Shown piece after piece: positions 1-9,427 of a DNA stretch of 64,000 bases. The position numbers and the translations under genes were made by a program. Below the pieces are notes generated by a model that was given only the letters and a program-made list of their open reading frames with translations, ran no database searches and was not told the DNA's origin. Position 1 is the first letter of the stretch. Each line of letters opens with the position of its first letter. This stretch comes from a virus (taxonomy: Duplodnaviria; Caudoviricetes): IMG/VR virus record IMGVR_UViG_3300029319_000001, one strand, 5' to 3'.

Positions 1-1
1 A

Positions 2-1873
2 TTTGAAGTATTTGCACCTGGTTCTGGATACCAAGGTGGAGAGACATTGACTCTTGAAGGATTTGCTAGTGCAAGTATTGGAGTTCCTACATCTGGTATT
101 TCAAATGCTGTTGGCGATGTTGTTTCTATTACTGGAATTGGAATTACATCTGATGGATTATACAGAATAACATCTATACCTAATAAGACTAGTGTTGCTA
201 TAGCTATTACTGCTGGTGATCCTCTTATTATTCAAGGACAGTATTTGTATAGAAACTCTCCTGCTGTTTCTATAGCTTCCACTCATTTTGATATTACTAC
301 TGGTATTACAACCATAACTACATCCACACCTCATGGACTGAGAAAAGGATCTAAGTTTAGAGTCGTAGATACTAATAGTAATAATGTAGGTGAGTTTTTG
401 GTATCTACTATAGCTGGAATTACTACATTTACTACAACAACTGTTAATGATATTAATTATGCTGCTGGACATAAAATATATCAACAGACATATGCTGCAA
501 ATAACCAGACTGTATCGATTGAAGAAACCATAGGTTCAAGATATCAAAACTTATACGCTGGTGAGACTGCAACATTAAAAGATGCAATTACTAACCTCTC
601 TACTGCTATTAAAATACAAGTTCCTAACTCAGGTATTGGTACTGATCTAAGATTTAAATTAGGTGAGTATATTGAAATAGACAAAGAGATAGTAAGAGTA
701 GCAGAACAAGGACTAGTAGGTGCAGGTAATGATTCTCTTAATGTTATTAGAGGTGTTCTTGGTACATTACCAGCAGATCATGTCAGTGGATCATTAATTA
801 AAAAAGTAAATGCTCTGGCTCTTGAGTTACGAAGACCATCTATACTTCGTGCATCAGGTCACACATTTGAATATCTTGGTTATGGTCCAGGTAACTACTC
901 AACTGGTTTACCTCAGGTACAAAACAGAACTCTAACAGATGATGAAGAGTACCTAGCACAGTCACAAGAAAGAGCTGCTGGTGTAGTGGTTTACACTGGT
1001 TTGAATAATGAGGGTGATTTCTATATTGGAAATAAGAGAATATCTTCTTCTAGTGGTAAAGAAACATCATTCAATATTCCTATTCCTAGTGTTACTGGTG
1101 AAGCAGTATCAAGTAACTCTGTAGTATTTGATGAAGTTATTGTTCGTCAAAGAATTATCGTTGAGGGTGGTCCTCAACAAAATATATTATCTCAGTTTGA
1201 TGGTCCTGTATCATTCTCTAATGATGTTAGTTTCACTGATGATATGGTCACAAGTGGAACTGTAGAACTTGGTGGAAGTATTAACATTATAGGTACATTC
1301 CCCACTGGTGCTAAGTTGAATTGTATTATTGCTGGTGTTGGTACTAATAAAGCTGAAATTACCACTGATCCTGCATGTGGATCTGATCTTGTACTTAATG
1401 CTGCACCAGGTTTTGCTGTTGCGATTGCAACTGATACAAGATATACTGCTGATGTAGTATTTGATAATAAAGTTAATTTCAATGGATTTACATCATTCTC
1501 ACAAAATGTATATTCATCTGCAGGGTTTGTAACATTTGCAGGTGGTCCTTTACATGTGACTGATGATATCGTTGCATTCTATGGTCAATCATCTGATGCT
1601 ACATTGAAAGATAATATTTCTACCTTAGATAACCCACTTGCTAAGGTAATGCAAATTCGTGGTACTGAATTTGATTGGAAGGATGGTAATCCTAATTACA
1701 CAGGACATGACATTGGAGTTATTGCTCAGGATGTTGAGTCTGTACTTCCTGATGCAGTATCTACTAAACCAGATGGAACTAAAGGTGTTCATTATAACAA
1801 ATTAATTCCTCTACTCATTGAAGCAGTCAAGGATCTCTCTAAACAGGTGGATGATCTGAGCTCAGATAAATAA
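2..1873 (+). CDS. Tail fibre protein, 5'-truncated by the window, with C-terminal intramolecular chaperone (Peptidase_S74-like) domain
   Basis: Frame is open from base 2 and in frame with ORF 47..1873. C-terminus SDATLKDNI...FDWK...HDIGVIAQDVESVLPDAV...GVHYNKLIPLLIEAVKDLSKQVDDL matches the S74 pattern with terminal coiled coil. Also has the cyanophage fibre motif RASGHTFEYLGYGPGNYSTGLPQ. Confidence 0.85.
   Translation, partial: FEVFAPGSGYQGGETLTLEGFASASIGVPTSGISNAVGDVVSITGIGITSDGLYRITSIPNKTSVAIAITAGDPLIIQGQYLYRNSPAVSIASTHFDITTGITTITTSTPHGLRKGSKFRVVDTNSNNVGEFLVSTIAGITTFTTTTVNDINYAAGHKIYQQTYAANNQTVSIEETIGSRYQNLYAGETATLKDAITNLSTAIKIQVPNSGIGTDLRFKLGEYIEIDKEIVRVAEQGLVGAGNDSLNVIRGVLGTLPADHVSGSLIKKVNALALELRRPSILRASGHTFEYLGYGPGNYSTGLPQVQNRTLTDDEEYLAQSQERAAGVVVYTGLNNEGDFYIGNKRISSSSGKETSFNIPIPSVTGEAVSSNSVVFDEVIVRQRIIVEGGPQQNILSQFDGPVSFSNDVSFTDDMVTSGTVELGGSINIIGTFPTGAKLNCIIAGVGTNKAEITTDPACGSDLVLNAAPGFAVAIATDTRYTADVVFDNKVNFNGFTSFSQNVYSSAGFVTFAGGPLHVTDDIVAFYGQSSDATLKDNISTLDNPLAKVMQIRGTEFDWKDGNPNYTGHDIGVIAQDVESVLPDAVSTKPDGTKGVHYNKLIPLLIEAVKDLSKQVDDLSSDK
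1865..1872 (+). promoter_or_regulatory. Possible T4-type late promoter (NATAAATA)
   Basis: GATAAATA about 30 bp upstream of the ATG at 1900. Confidence 0.4.
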
Positions 1874-1899
1874 TAAAAAGGTCTCCTTAGCATAAGATA

Positions 1900-4572
1900 A
1901 TGCCTACCAATTATAAGACTATCATTAATTTTAGAGACGGTATTCAGGTTGATGCCAATGATCTTGTCTCTAATAATGGACTGGTAGGTATCGGAACTAC
2001 CATTCCAAGAGAAGAACTCGACATTCGTGGTAACCTGATTGTTGAAAATCAAGCAAATTTTAGGGATGTAAATGTTGTCGGACAGTCTACATTTTATGGT
2101 GATATTAATATTGCTGTTGGAAACTCAGTAGGTATAGGAACTACAGTCCCTGAGGCTACATTTCAGGTTGGTGTTGGTACAACTGGTTTTACTGTTGACT
2201 CTAATGGTAATGTAACTGCTCTAACATTTACTGGTTCAGGTGCTAATCTAACAAATTTACCGACTGCAGTATGGACTAATCCATATCCTGGTGCTGGTAC
2301 TACTATCAATGCTTTCAGACCTGTTGGTGTATCTGTAACACTACCTCAGGCAGATTTTGCTGTTGGTGATCTTATAAAACTTGATGCTACTAGTGGTGTA
2401 GGTACATTTGAAGGATTAGTAGCGAAAAATATAACTGCAGTCAATGCCAGTGGATCTGGTCAAGGTAATGTAAACGGAGAAGTTGGTACATTCTCAACCA
2501 TAACAGCAACAGACACTGCTGTTATTGATAAATTAGATGGAAATTTAATAGGTTTATCAACAATAGCTGGTACTGCCTCAACAGCTAATAGTGTATATGT
2601 AACAGATGAGTCTACTGATACTCTATTGTTCCCTCTATTTGTTGATGGAGCAGTTTTAAGTGGACAAATAGTTGCTGGTAATAAGGAAGTAAAGGCAGGA
2701 ACTAATCTACAATTTGATTCAGCAAATGGAACATTAAGTGCTACATCTTTGAGTGCTGCAGGTGGTATCAGTATTGGTCCTGGCGGTATTATGACTGCAA
2801 CCACATTTAGTGGAACTGCAACTACAGCATTAAATGCGTCAGTAGCATATGCGATAGCTGGACAACCAGATATTCAAGCAGACAAGATAGATTCTTTAGG
2901 TATTAATAGTATATTCATTAGAAATACTGGTGTATCTACATTTGGAGGAGAAGTTAAGGTAGGTAACTTCTTAGGTGTAGGTGCCACATCCTCTGCTATA
3001 GGAAAAGGCATGGGTGTTATTGGTGCTGCTGACTTTTCAGGTGCTGGTACATTTGGTGGTGACTTATTAGTTGCAGGTAATTTATCAGTCGGTGGTACAT
3101 TTGGTGGTGCGGTTAATATTACTGATGTTACTGCTGGAGAAATCATTGCAACTGGTATTCTCTCTGCTACTACATCATCTAGTTGTGTGTTACATGATAC
3201 AACAATTACTGGTAATGTAGTACAGTCAGCAGGTAAAAATTTAACAGTCGGACAAAATCTTTCTATTGGCGGAACAACTACATTTGGATCACAGATAAAC
3301 TTTGGTGATGCATCAACACAAGTTGCTGCTGCTGGTACATTATTTGCTAATTTGAGTGGTATTATTACAACTGGTGGTATTAATGTTGGTGATCTTGATA
3401 TTAGTGGTACATTCTCATATACTGGTGGAAGTATAGCAACATTCGGTTCGATATTATTAAATAGCAACACTGGATTTGTATCCTGCTCATCTATTGAGGC
3501 AGGTACAGGTATTATAAGTTGCACAGGATTAAATGCCAGAACTGGAGAAATTACTGGTGGTGGATTAAATCTTACAGGTCCTACTACATCTAATAACTTT
3601 TTCCAATCAACATCTGGTGTATCTACATTCTTTGATATTGATATAACTGGTGGTACAAATAGTAATATTCAATTAACTAGACTAGGATTTAATACTTCTC
3701 TAGGTGCTTTAGGTATTACTGAGGGTATAGCTCTCTGGGATGATGCTGAGATATATGTCAATGATTCCCCTGCAAGTGGTATTGGTATTGGTACTACCTC
3801 AGGTAAGAGAGACAGTAATGTTGCTCTATATGTTGGATATGGAAGAGATGGAGCAGGTAACTTTATCAATGGTCAGTCAGTATTTGAAGGTGGTGTTGGT
3901 ATAGGTACAATGATGGGTAATGATGATGGTAATATGTTGGAAGTATATAAAGAAACAGTATTTCATTCATACCATACAGGTGTAGGTGGTACTGATGCAG
4001 GTCCTGCTCGTGTTGGATTTGAAACTAATAAACCACGCACAACTCTTGACTTAGGATTTGTTACTAGTGGATTCTTAAGAATACCAAGTTACTATAATGA
4101 TGATCCTAACAATACAGTTCCAACTAACGACACTGGATCACAAGGTTCTCTATTTTTTGATACTGCAATTAACTCAATTTCTATCAAAGATATGAATGAT
4201 AATTGGGTTGGTATTAAAACTGAATTATCTACAGGTGACGATCCTGCTCAATATGTACAAGAACTTGGTTTCATAGGTGGTGTTACTGATCAGGCAAATA
4301 GATTATCTGCTGAACAAGGAGTTGCAAATATTATACAACCTTATGATGAGGTAGGTAATCAAGGAATTGGATGGGGTACTGCACATATGTGGTACAATAA
4401 GACTTTCAACAAACACCAGTACAAAACTAATCAAGGAATTGGAGTTGCTACACATTATAGATCATATGTTTCTACAGGAACATCCGCTATAGATATTGAA
4501 CTAGATAGTAGTGGTACTAAGGTTTACATCACACTACCTGGTATTGGATCTGCTACTTTTAATCTAGTTTGA
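1900..4572 (+). CDS. Tail fibre / virion structural protein (G/T/V-rich, VGIGT repeats)
   Basis: 890 aa, repeated VGIGT(T) motifs, Gly/Thr-rich beta-structure composition, located between fibre genes. Confidence 0.75.
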   Translation: MPTNYKTIINFRDGIQVDANDLVSNNGLVGIGTTIPREELDIRGNLIVENQANFRDVNVVGQSTFYGDINIAVGNSVGIGTTVPEATFQVGVGTTGFTVDSNGNVTALTFTGSGANLTNLPTAVWTNPYPGAGTTINAFRPVGVSVTLPQADFAVGDLIKLDATSGVGTFEGLVAKNITAVNASGSGQGNVNGEVGTFSTITATDTAVIDKLDGNLIGLSTIAGTASTANSVYVTDESTDTLLFPLFVDGAVLSGQIVAGNKEVKAGTNLQFDSANGTLSATSLSAAGGISIGPGGIMTATTFSGTATTALNASVAYAIAGQPDIQADKIDSLGINSIFIRNTGVSTFGGEVKVGNFLGVGATSSAIGKGMGVIGAADFSGAGTFGGDLLVAGNLSVGGTFGGAVNITDVTAGEIIATGILSATTSSSCVLHDTTITGNVVQSAGKNLTVGQNLSIGGTTTFGSQINFGDASTQVAAAGTLFANLSGIITTGGINVGDLDISGTFSYTGGSIATFGSILLNSNTGFVSCSSIEAGTGIISCTGLNARTGEITGGGLNLTGPTTSNNFFQSTSGVSTFFDIDITGGTNSNIQLTRLGFNTSLGALGITEGIALWDDAEIYVNDSPASGIGIGTTSGKRDSNVALYVGYGRDGAGNFINGQSVFEGGVGIGTMMGNDDGNMLEVYKETVFHSYHTGVGGTDAGPARVGFETNKPRTTLDLGFVTSGFLRIPSYYNDDPNNTVPTNDTGSQGSLFFDTAINSISIKDMNDNWVGIKTELSTGDDPAQYVQELGFIGGVTDQANRLSAEQGVANIIQPYDEVGNQGIGWGTAHMWYNKTFNKHQYKTNQGIGVATHYRSYVSTGTSAIDIELDSSGTKVYITLPGIGSATFNLV

Positions 4573-4581
4573 GGAAATTAA

Positions 4582-6285
4582 ATGGCAGCAAATAATTGGA
4601 GTAAGACAACTCAACAGTTATTGACTGGTACACCTGGCACACAAATATCATTTGGTGAAATTCGTGCTGCTATAGGTGATACCAGTAAATCTATTTCTGC
4701 TTCAGAATTACACAGACAAACAGACCTTGATGCACCATATGATTTTAGTCAGGGTAAATATCCATCATCATCAACACCACATCTACCTTATGTTTTAGAT
4801 GCTACTGAGAATGTTGGTGTACCTACTAGTGGTGCGATAACACCACAGGATATTAGAGGAGTTATAAAAGAATATGTGATTGAACAGGACACATTGACAG
4901 AAGAGGAGAACTTTAATGTTACTACTCTAAGCAGTCCTACAACACCTAGTATCAATGCTGATTGGAACTCAAACTTAAATAAAAATATATCAAAATTTCT
5001 TAAGATCAAAGGTAGACTAGTAAGTACCAATACATCAAATCCTGCTGCTGTTGCCGATCAACCATCATCTAACCTAACAGTATTTGTTAACAATGCACCA
5101 TCATCTTATGGTGTGTATGGTGCAGGTGGTGGTATCAATCAACCTGGTGGACATGCTATTAGTATCAGTCAACCATCAGGTCCTGCGATTAGAAAAGTAT
5201 TTGTAGAGTGTGAAGGTTCAGACGCTAGGATATATGGTGGAGGTGGTGGTGGAAAAGATGGTACTGATGGTACTGATGGCACACCTGGTAGTGGAGAGAG
5301 TACTGGAGTACCTGGTACACCTGGTACACCAGGCACACCTGGTTCAAATGGTAATGATGGTAGTGCAGGTAGCGATGGATCGGATGGTTCAGATGGTCAA
5401 CCAGGATCCACTGGTACACCTGGTATGCAAAGAACAACATTCCAGCAAAGATCTACAGTACAAACTAGAACAACTAGTCAATCAAGAAGTTCTCGCAGAA
5501 AAAGATTTGGTGGGTGGCCTCGTAGTCGTCGTGGACAAATTCAGGGTAGAACATCATTTCAGGCAACTGGTTCTACTCAGTCAAGGTCAGCAGCACAGTC
5601 AAAAATGGCATGTTTCGGTGGTGCAGCTGGTAATGCTGGTTCTAAAGGTTTACATGGTAATTCTGGTGGTGGCGGTCAAGGTGGTCAGGGTGGCTCTGGC
5701 GGTGGCGGTGGTCAGGGTGGAACTGGAGGACCTGCAGGTTATTCAGGACAAGGTGGATTAAAAGGATATGGTGGTACAGCTGCACCAGGTCGTGGCTGGA
5801 ATTATAAGACTGGTAACATAACAGGAACACCTGGTAGTTTCGGAACACCAGGCACACCTGGTGGTGGAGGAGGAGCAGGAACACCTGGTACACCTGGTGG
5901 AAGTGGACAACCAGGAACACCTGGTACACCTGGTGGAAGTGGAACACCTGGCAGTGGTGGAACACCTGGTACACCTGGTGGTGCTGCAAGTTGTAACGCT
6001 GCTACACCAGGAACACCTGGTACACCTGGTACACCTGGTACTGATGGAACACCTGGTAGCGATGGTCAACCAGGTGCAAAGGGTAACGATGGTCAACCAG
6101 GTCAACCTGGTACACCAGGAAATCCTGGCACACCTGGTCAACCAGGTCAACCAGGTCAACCTGGTGGTAATGGTGGTGACTGGGGTGAAGCAGGTGGTTC
6201 ACAAGGTGGTAATGCAGGTCGTGCAGTTGCTGGTAGCAAGTATGAAGTTAAACCCAATAATGGAGATATTAAAGTAATCTACTAA
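4582..6285 (+). CDS. Glycine-rich fibre-tip/adhesin-like protein (gp38-like termini) with G-X-Y (GTP/GQP/GSD) repeats
   Basis: QISFGEIR near the N-terminus, YGAGGG...GGHAISI...IYGGGGGG, long G-T-P triplet runs, and C-terminal GGNGGDWGEAGG..GGNAGRAV resembling T-even gp38 polyglycine adhesins. Confidence 0.65.
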   Translation: MAANNWSKTTQQLLTGTPGTQISFGEIRAAIGDTSKSISASELHRQTDLDAPYDFSQGKYPSSSTPHLPYVLDATENVGVPTSGAITPQDIRGVIKEYVIEQDTLTEEENFNVTTLSSPTTPSINADWNSNLNKNISKFLKIKGRLVSTNTSNPAAVADQPSSNLTVFVNNAPSSYGVYGAGGGINQPGGHAISISQPSGPAIRKVFVECEGSDARIYGGGGGGKDGTDGTDGTPGSGESTGVPGTPGTPGTPGSNGNDGSAGSDGSDGSDGQPGSTGTPGMQRTTFQQRSTVQTRTTSQSRSSRRKRFGGWPRSRRGQIQGRTSFQATGSTQSRSAAQSKMACFGGAAGNAGSKGLHGNSGGGGQGGQGGSGGGGGQGGTGGPAGYSGQGGLKGYGGTAAPGRGWNYKTGNITGTPGSFGTPGTPGGGGGAGTPGTPGGSGQPGTPGTPGGSGTPGSGGTPGTPGGAASCNAATPGTPGTPGTPGTDGTPGSDGQPGAKGNDGQPGQPGTPGNPGTPGQPGQPGQPGGNGGDWGEAGGSQGGNAGRAVAGSKYEVKPNNGDIKVIY

Positions 6286-6293
6286 ATTTTGTT

Positions 6294-6893
6294 ATGTCAA
6301 TTTATCCTTTGAGTCCATCCCCTAATTTTCAGGGTGAGACACTATATCAAACATGGGAAGATGGGTTCACCCCAAACGAGTGCCATCGTATTATTAACTA
6401 TGGTGAGTCTCTTTCACCAAAACCTGCTACAGTCGGTAATAATATTGATACCAATGTAGTAAATAGTATTCGCACATCTAAGACTGCATGGTTAGAATGC
6501 AATAATGATACAAAATGGTTATATGAGCGTTTAGGTAATATATTAAGAGTAACTAATGGTATGTTCTGGAAGTTTGATATCCGTGGATTTCATGAGCATA
6601 TTCAATACACAGTATATGAAGGAGACGATCAAGGCTTTTATAGGTGGCATGTAGATAATAATATGCAGTCAGATGTACCACCGAGAAAATTAAGTATGAC
6701 CGTACAATTATCTGATCCCAGTGAATATACTGGTGGTGAATTACAGTTGCATGATGGTGAAGTACAGACTGCAGTAAATAGTAGAGGACATGTAATAATA
6801 TTTCCCAGTTATGCTTTACATAGGGTTCAACCTGTAACATCTGGAATTAGAAGAAGTTTGGTAGTCTGGGCAAATGGTCCTGCATTCAAGTGA
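6294..6893 (+). CDS. 2OG-Fe(II) oxygenase (prolyl-4-hydroxylase/PKHD-like)
   Basis: WHVD (HxD), RKLSMTVQL..YTGGEL, HRVQPV (distal His) and RRSLVVW (2OG-binding Arg). Confidence 0.9.
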   Translation: MSIYPLSPSPNFQGETLYQTWEDGFTPNECHRIINYGESLSPKPATVGNNIDTNVVNSIRTSKTAWLECNNDTKWLYERLGNILRVTNGMFWKFDIRGFHEHIQYTVYEGDDQGFYRWHVDNNMQSDVPPRKLSMTVQLSDPSEYTGGELQLHDGEVQTAVNSRGHVIIFPSYALHRVQPVTSGIRRSLVVWANGPAFK

Positions 6894-6895
6894 CA

Positions 6896-6950
6896 GACAG
6901 TGATTTAAGTGTCTACTACATCCCCATTGTGAGGTAAAATGGTGTATAAT
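6896..6950 (+). promoter_or_regulatory. Box A plus -10 element (early-type promoter)
   Basis: GACAGTGATTTAAGTGTCTAC at 6896-6916; TATAAT at 6945-6950, 28 bp downstream. Confidence 0.7.
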
Positions 6951-8120
6951 ATAGGTATGAAGAATACCCATCTTGAACACTTAGAAGATGACATCCTCAA
7001 CAGTGGTGCTGTTGGTGGATTCAATGTCGTTTCTGTACTCAGATCATTTGGTAATATGCTCACAGGCACTAAGTCTGATCTAAGTGTTACTACTAAGTGG
7101 GATGGAGCTCCTGCAATTATTTGTGGCACTGACCCTGTTACTGGTAAATTCTTTGTTGGAACTAAATCAGTATTCAATAAGATTACACCTAAAGTATGTT
7201 ATGATAATGTTGATGTTGATCGTTTTTATGAGTCAGAAGTACTTCGTGCAAAGTTAAAAGATTGTCTTAAGTATCTCTCTCAATTAAATATCAAAGGTAT
7301 TATTCAAGGAGATTTATTATTCTCATCAGGAGACAAGAGATATGCTAGTATTGGTGGACACAGAGTTATTACATTTAATCCTAATGCCATAACTTATGCA
7401 GTATCGTGTCAATCAAGTCAAGGTATGGCAGTAGAGAGAGCAAATATTGGTATTGTATTTCATACAGTATATCAAGGTAGTTCAATACAAGATTGCAAGG
7501 CAGTATATAAAGCACCCTTATTTGTAGGCACAGAAGATATATTCATACCTAATGCTAATTTCAATGATGCTAAAGGTATAAGTCGTTTCAGTAATAGTCA
7601 GAAGATCAAGTATATTGCTACTATTAATCGTGCGGAGGGTTCACTCAAGAGAGCATCAAGATTTCTTGATATCATGCAAAGTCATGGTCAATCTAGATTC
7701 TTAATGCCAACATTATTCAAGCAATTCTTTAATACACAAATTCGTACTGGTAAGACTATTGTAAACACTAGAAGAACAGTTGCACAGTTTGCTAAGTTTT
7801 ATTCAGACAGATTAGATGCTGAGATCAATACTAAAACCAGTGTCAAGGGCAAAGAGAGATACAAGAGGATGAAGGCAGAAGGTCTTAATTTTATTGCTAG
7901 GTATGAGAATGAGATATATTTTACATTTGCATCATATATTTCTATTCGTGATGCTAAGAAGATGGTAATCTCACAATTAAACAAGGTTGGTCAAATAAGA
8001 ACATACATAGGAAATACACCAACAAATCCAGAGGGATATGTTGTTTCCACCAACAACTACGCAATGAAGTTTGTTGATGATGACTTTAGAAAAGCAAACA
8101 TTCTCTTTGGAATACAATGA
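6939..8120 (+). CDS. Conserved T4-like phage protein (DUF6267-like) with ligase-type nucleotidyltransferase motifs; start probably at MKNTH (6957)
   Basis: MKNTHLEHLED N-terminus; TKWDG (motif I KxDG), IQGDLLF (III), PEGYVV (IV), MKFV (V). The annotated 6939 start overlaps the -10 element. Confidence 0.7.
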   Translation: MVYNIGMKNTHLEHLEDDILNSGAVGGFNVVSVLRSFGNMLTGTKSDLSVTTKWDGAPAIICGTDPVTGKFFVGTKSVFNKITPKVCYDNVDVDRFYESEVLRAKLKDCLKYLSQLNIKGIIQGDLLFSSGDKRYASIGGHRVITFNPNAITYAVSCQSSQGMAVERANIGIVFHTVYQGSSIQDCKAVYKAPLFVGTEDIFIPNANFNDAKGISRFSNSQKIKYIATINRAEGSLKRASRFLDIMQSHGQSRFLMPTLFKQFFNTQIRTGKTIVNTRRTVAQFAKFYSDRLDAEINTKTSVKGKERYKRMKAEGLNFIARYENEIYFTFASYISIRDAKKMVISQLNKVGQIRTYIGNTPTNPEGYVVSTNNYAMKFVDDDFRKANILFGIQ

Positions 8121-9424
8121 AAAAGATCGCTGTTATCGGTGCAGGTGTTATTGGTATTACTTCTATTCTACAGTTGATAGAACAGCGAACTAATCTTAAT
8201 GCAGAAAATGATTGTAAAATAGTATGGTTATATGACACATCAATAGATATATTTGGTATTGGAGAGTCAACAACACCATCATTATCAGGACAAATTGCTA
8301 GTCCACCATCATATTTGAGATATGATTCTAAAGATTATTTTGATGCTACTATCAAGTTTGGTAATAGATTTGTAGGATGGGGTAAAAATGGTGGAGATTT
8401 TACCAGATACTTTCCTATGAGTACTGCTGCTATTCATTTTGATACTAGATTATTCAGTAGTTTCTTTATTGAACATCTAAATGAAGAGAGTTGTTATAAT
8501 TTTGAGTCAAGAGATACTAAAATAAAATCAATAAGTTTCGATCAAGACCCTATAGGTGGACATTGCTTTGGTGTTGTTATTGATGGAGAGTCATTTGATT
8601 TTGTATTAGATTGTAGTGGTGGCAAATCACTGGTGAATGATGATTATTATTTCGATTCACCCTTTGAGACTTGTAACACAGTTCTTGCTACTAGACTACC
8701 AGAACCTGCAGATTGGGGTTATACATTAACACAGACCACTCGAAATGGTTGGATGTTTGGAATTCCATTGCAAAGCAGAAGAACTTATGGTTATGCTTAT
8801 AATTCAAGTGTTACAACAGAAGAGGAGGCACAGCAAGATTTTAGAAGTCTAGTTCCTCAAGAAGGACATCAATATAATAAGTTTACTTGGAAACCTAAAT
8901 TCTCAAACTATGTGTTACATCATAGTGGTAGATATGCTCGTAATGGAAATGCGTTAGGATTTCTTGACCCACTTGAAGCACTAGCAGGTATGTATTATGA
9001 TAGTGTGACAGATAAGATGTCAAATTATGCTCTTGGCGATACATATAATAACATAGAACTGATTAATGATATCAATAGTTGGTATTATCAAGAAGTTATT
9101 GGGGATTGGTTATTAAATTCTGCATGGATGTATCATTTTGGTTCAGAACATGACACCCCATTCTGGCAACAAGTCCAGAAAAATGCTAAAGATATATTAA
9201 ATAATAAGGAGATTAATCCTTGTCGTTTAATAAGTGATGAACAAACATTTACTGATGATTTGTTCAATATTATAGGGGATGACCCAGAAATGAGAAGGTT
9301 ATTTGTTCATGATCTACTTGATGTTGAGTTTACTTTCGATTTCTGTCGTGATTATTATAACTTCAGTTCATTTACTAGAGGAATGAGTGCAGATTATGCC
9401 AACAAGTTTCCTACATTTACATAA
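8117..9424 (+). CDS. Flavin-dependent (tryptophan-halogenase-like) protein
   Basis: IAVIGAGVIG (GxGxxG), GIGEST, ATIKFG (position of catalytic Lys), GWMFGIPL (WxWxIP variant), GNALGFLDPLE. Confidence 0.85.
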   Translation: MKKIAVIGAGVIGITSILQLIEQRTNLNAENDCKIVWLYDTSIDIFGIGESTTPSLSGQIASPPSYLRYDSKDYFDATIKFGNRFVGWGKNGGDFTRYFPMSTAAIHFDTRLFSSFFIEHLNEESCYNFESRDTKIKSISFDQDPIGGHCFGVVIDGESFDFVLDCSGGKSLVNDDYYFDSPFETCNTVLATRLPEPADWGYTLTQTTRNGWMFGIPLQSRRTYGYAYNSSVTTEEEAQQDFRSLVPQEGHQYNKFTWKPKFSNYVLHHSGRYARNGNALGFLDPLEALAGMYYDSVTDKMSNYALGDTYNNIELINDINSWYYQEVIGDWLLNSAWMYHFGSEHDTPFWQQVQKNAKDILNNKEINPCRLISDEQTFTDDLFNIIGDDPEMRRLFVHDLLDVEFTFDFCRDYYNFSSFTRGMSADYANKFPTFT

Positions 9425-9427
9425 CTT

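Noticed and set aside
5210-6277. Alternative-frame and antisense ORFs over the glycine-rich gene (5210..5761, 5861..6277, 5225..5440, 5642..5989, 5758..6159, 6002..6202)
   Set aside because: Shadow ORFs produced by GGT/ACA/CCT codon repeats; low-complexity V/H/L or T/R/C translations with no RBS or promoter.
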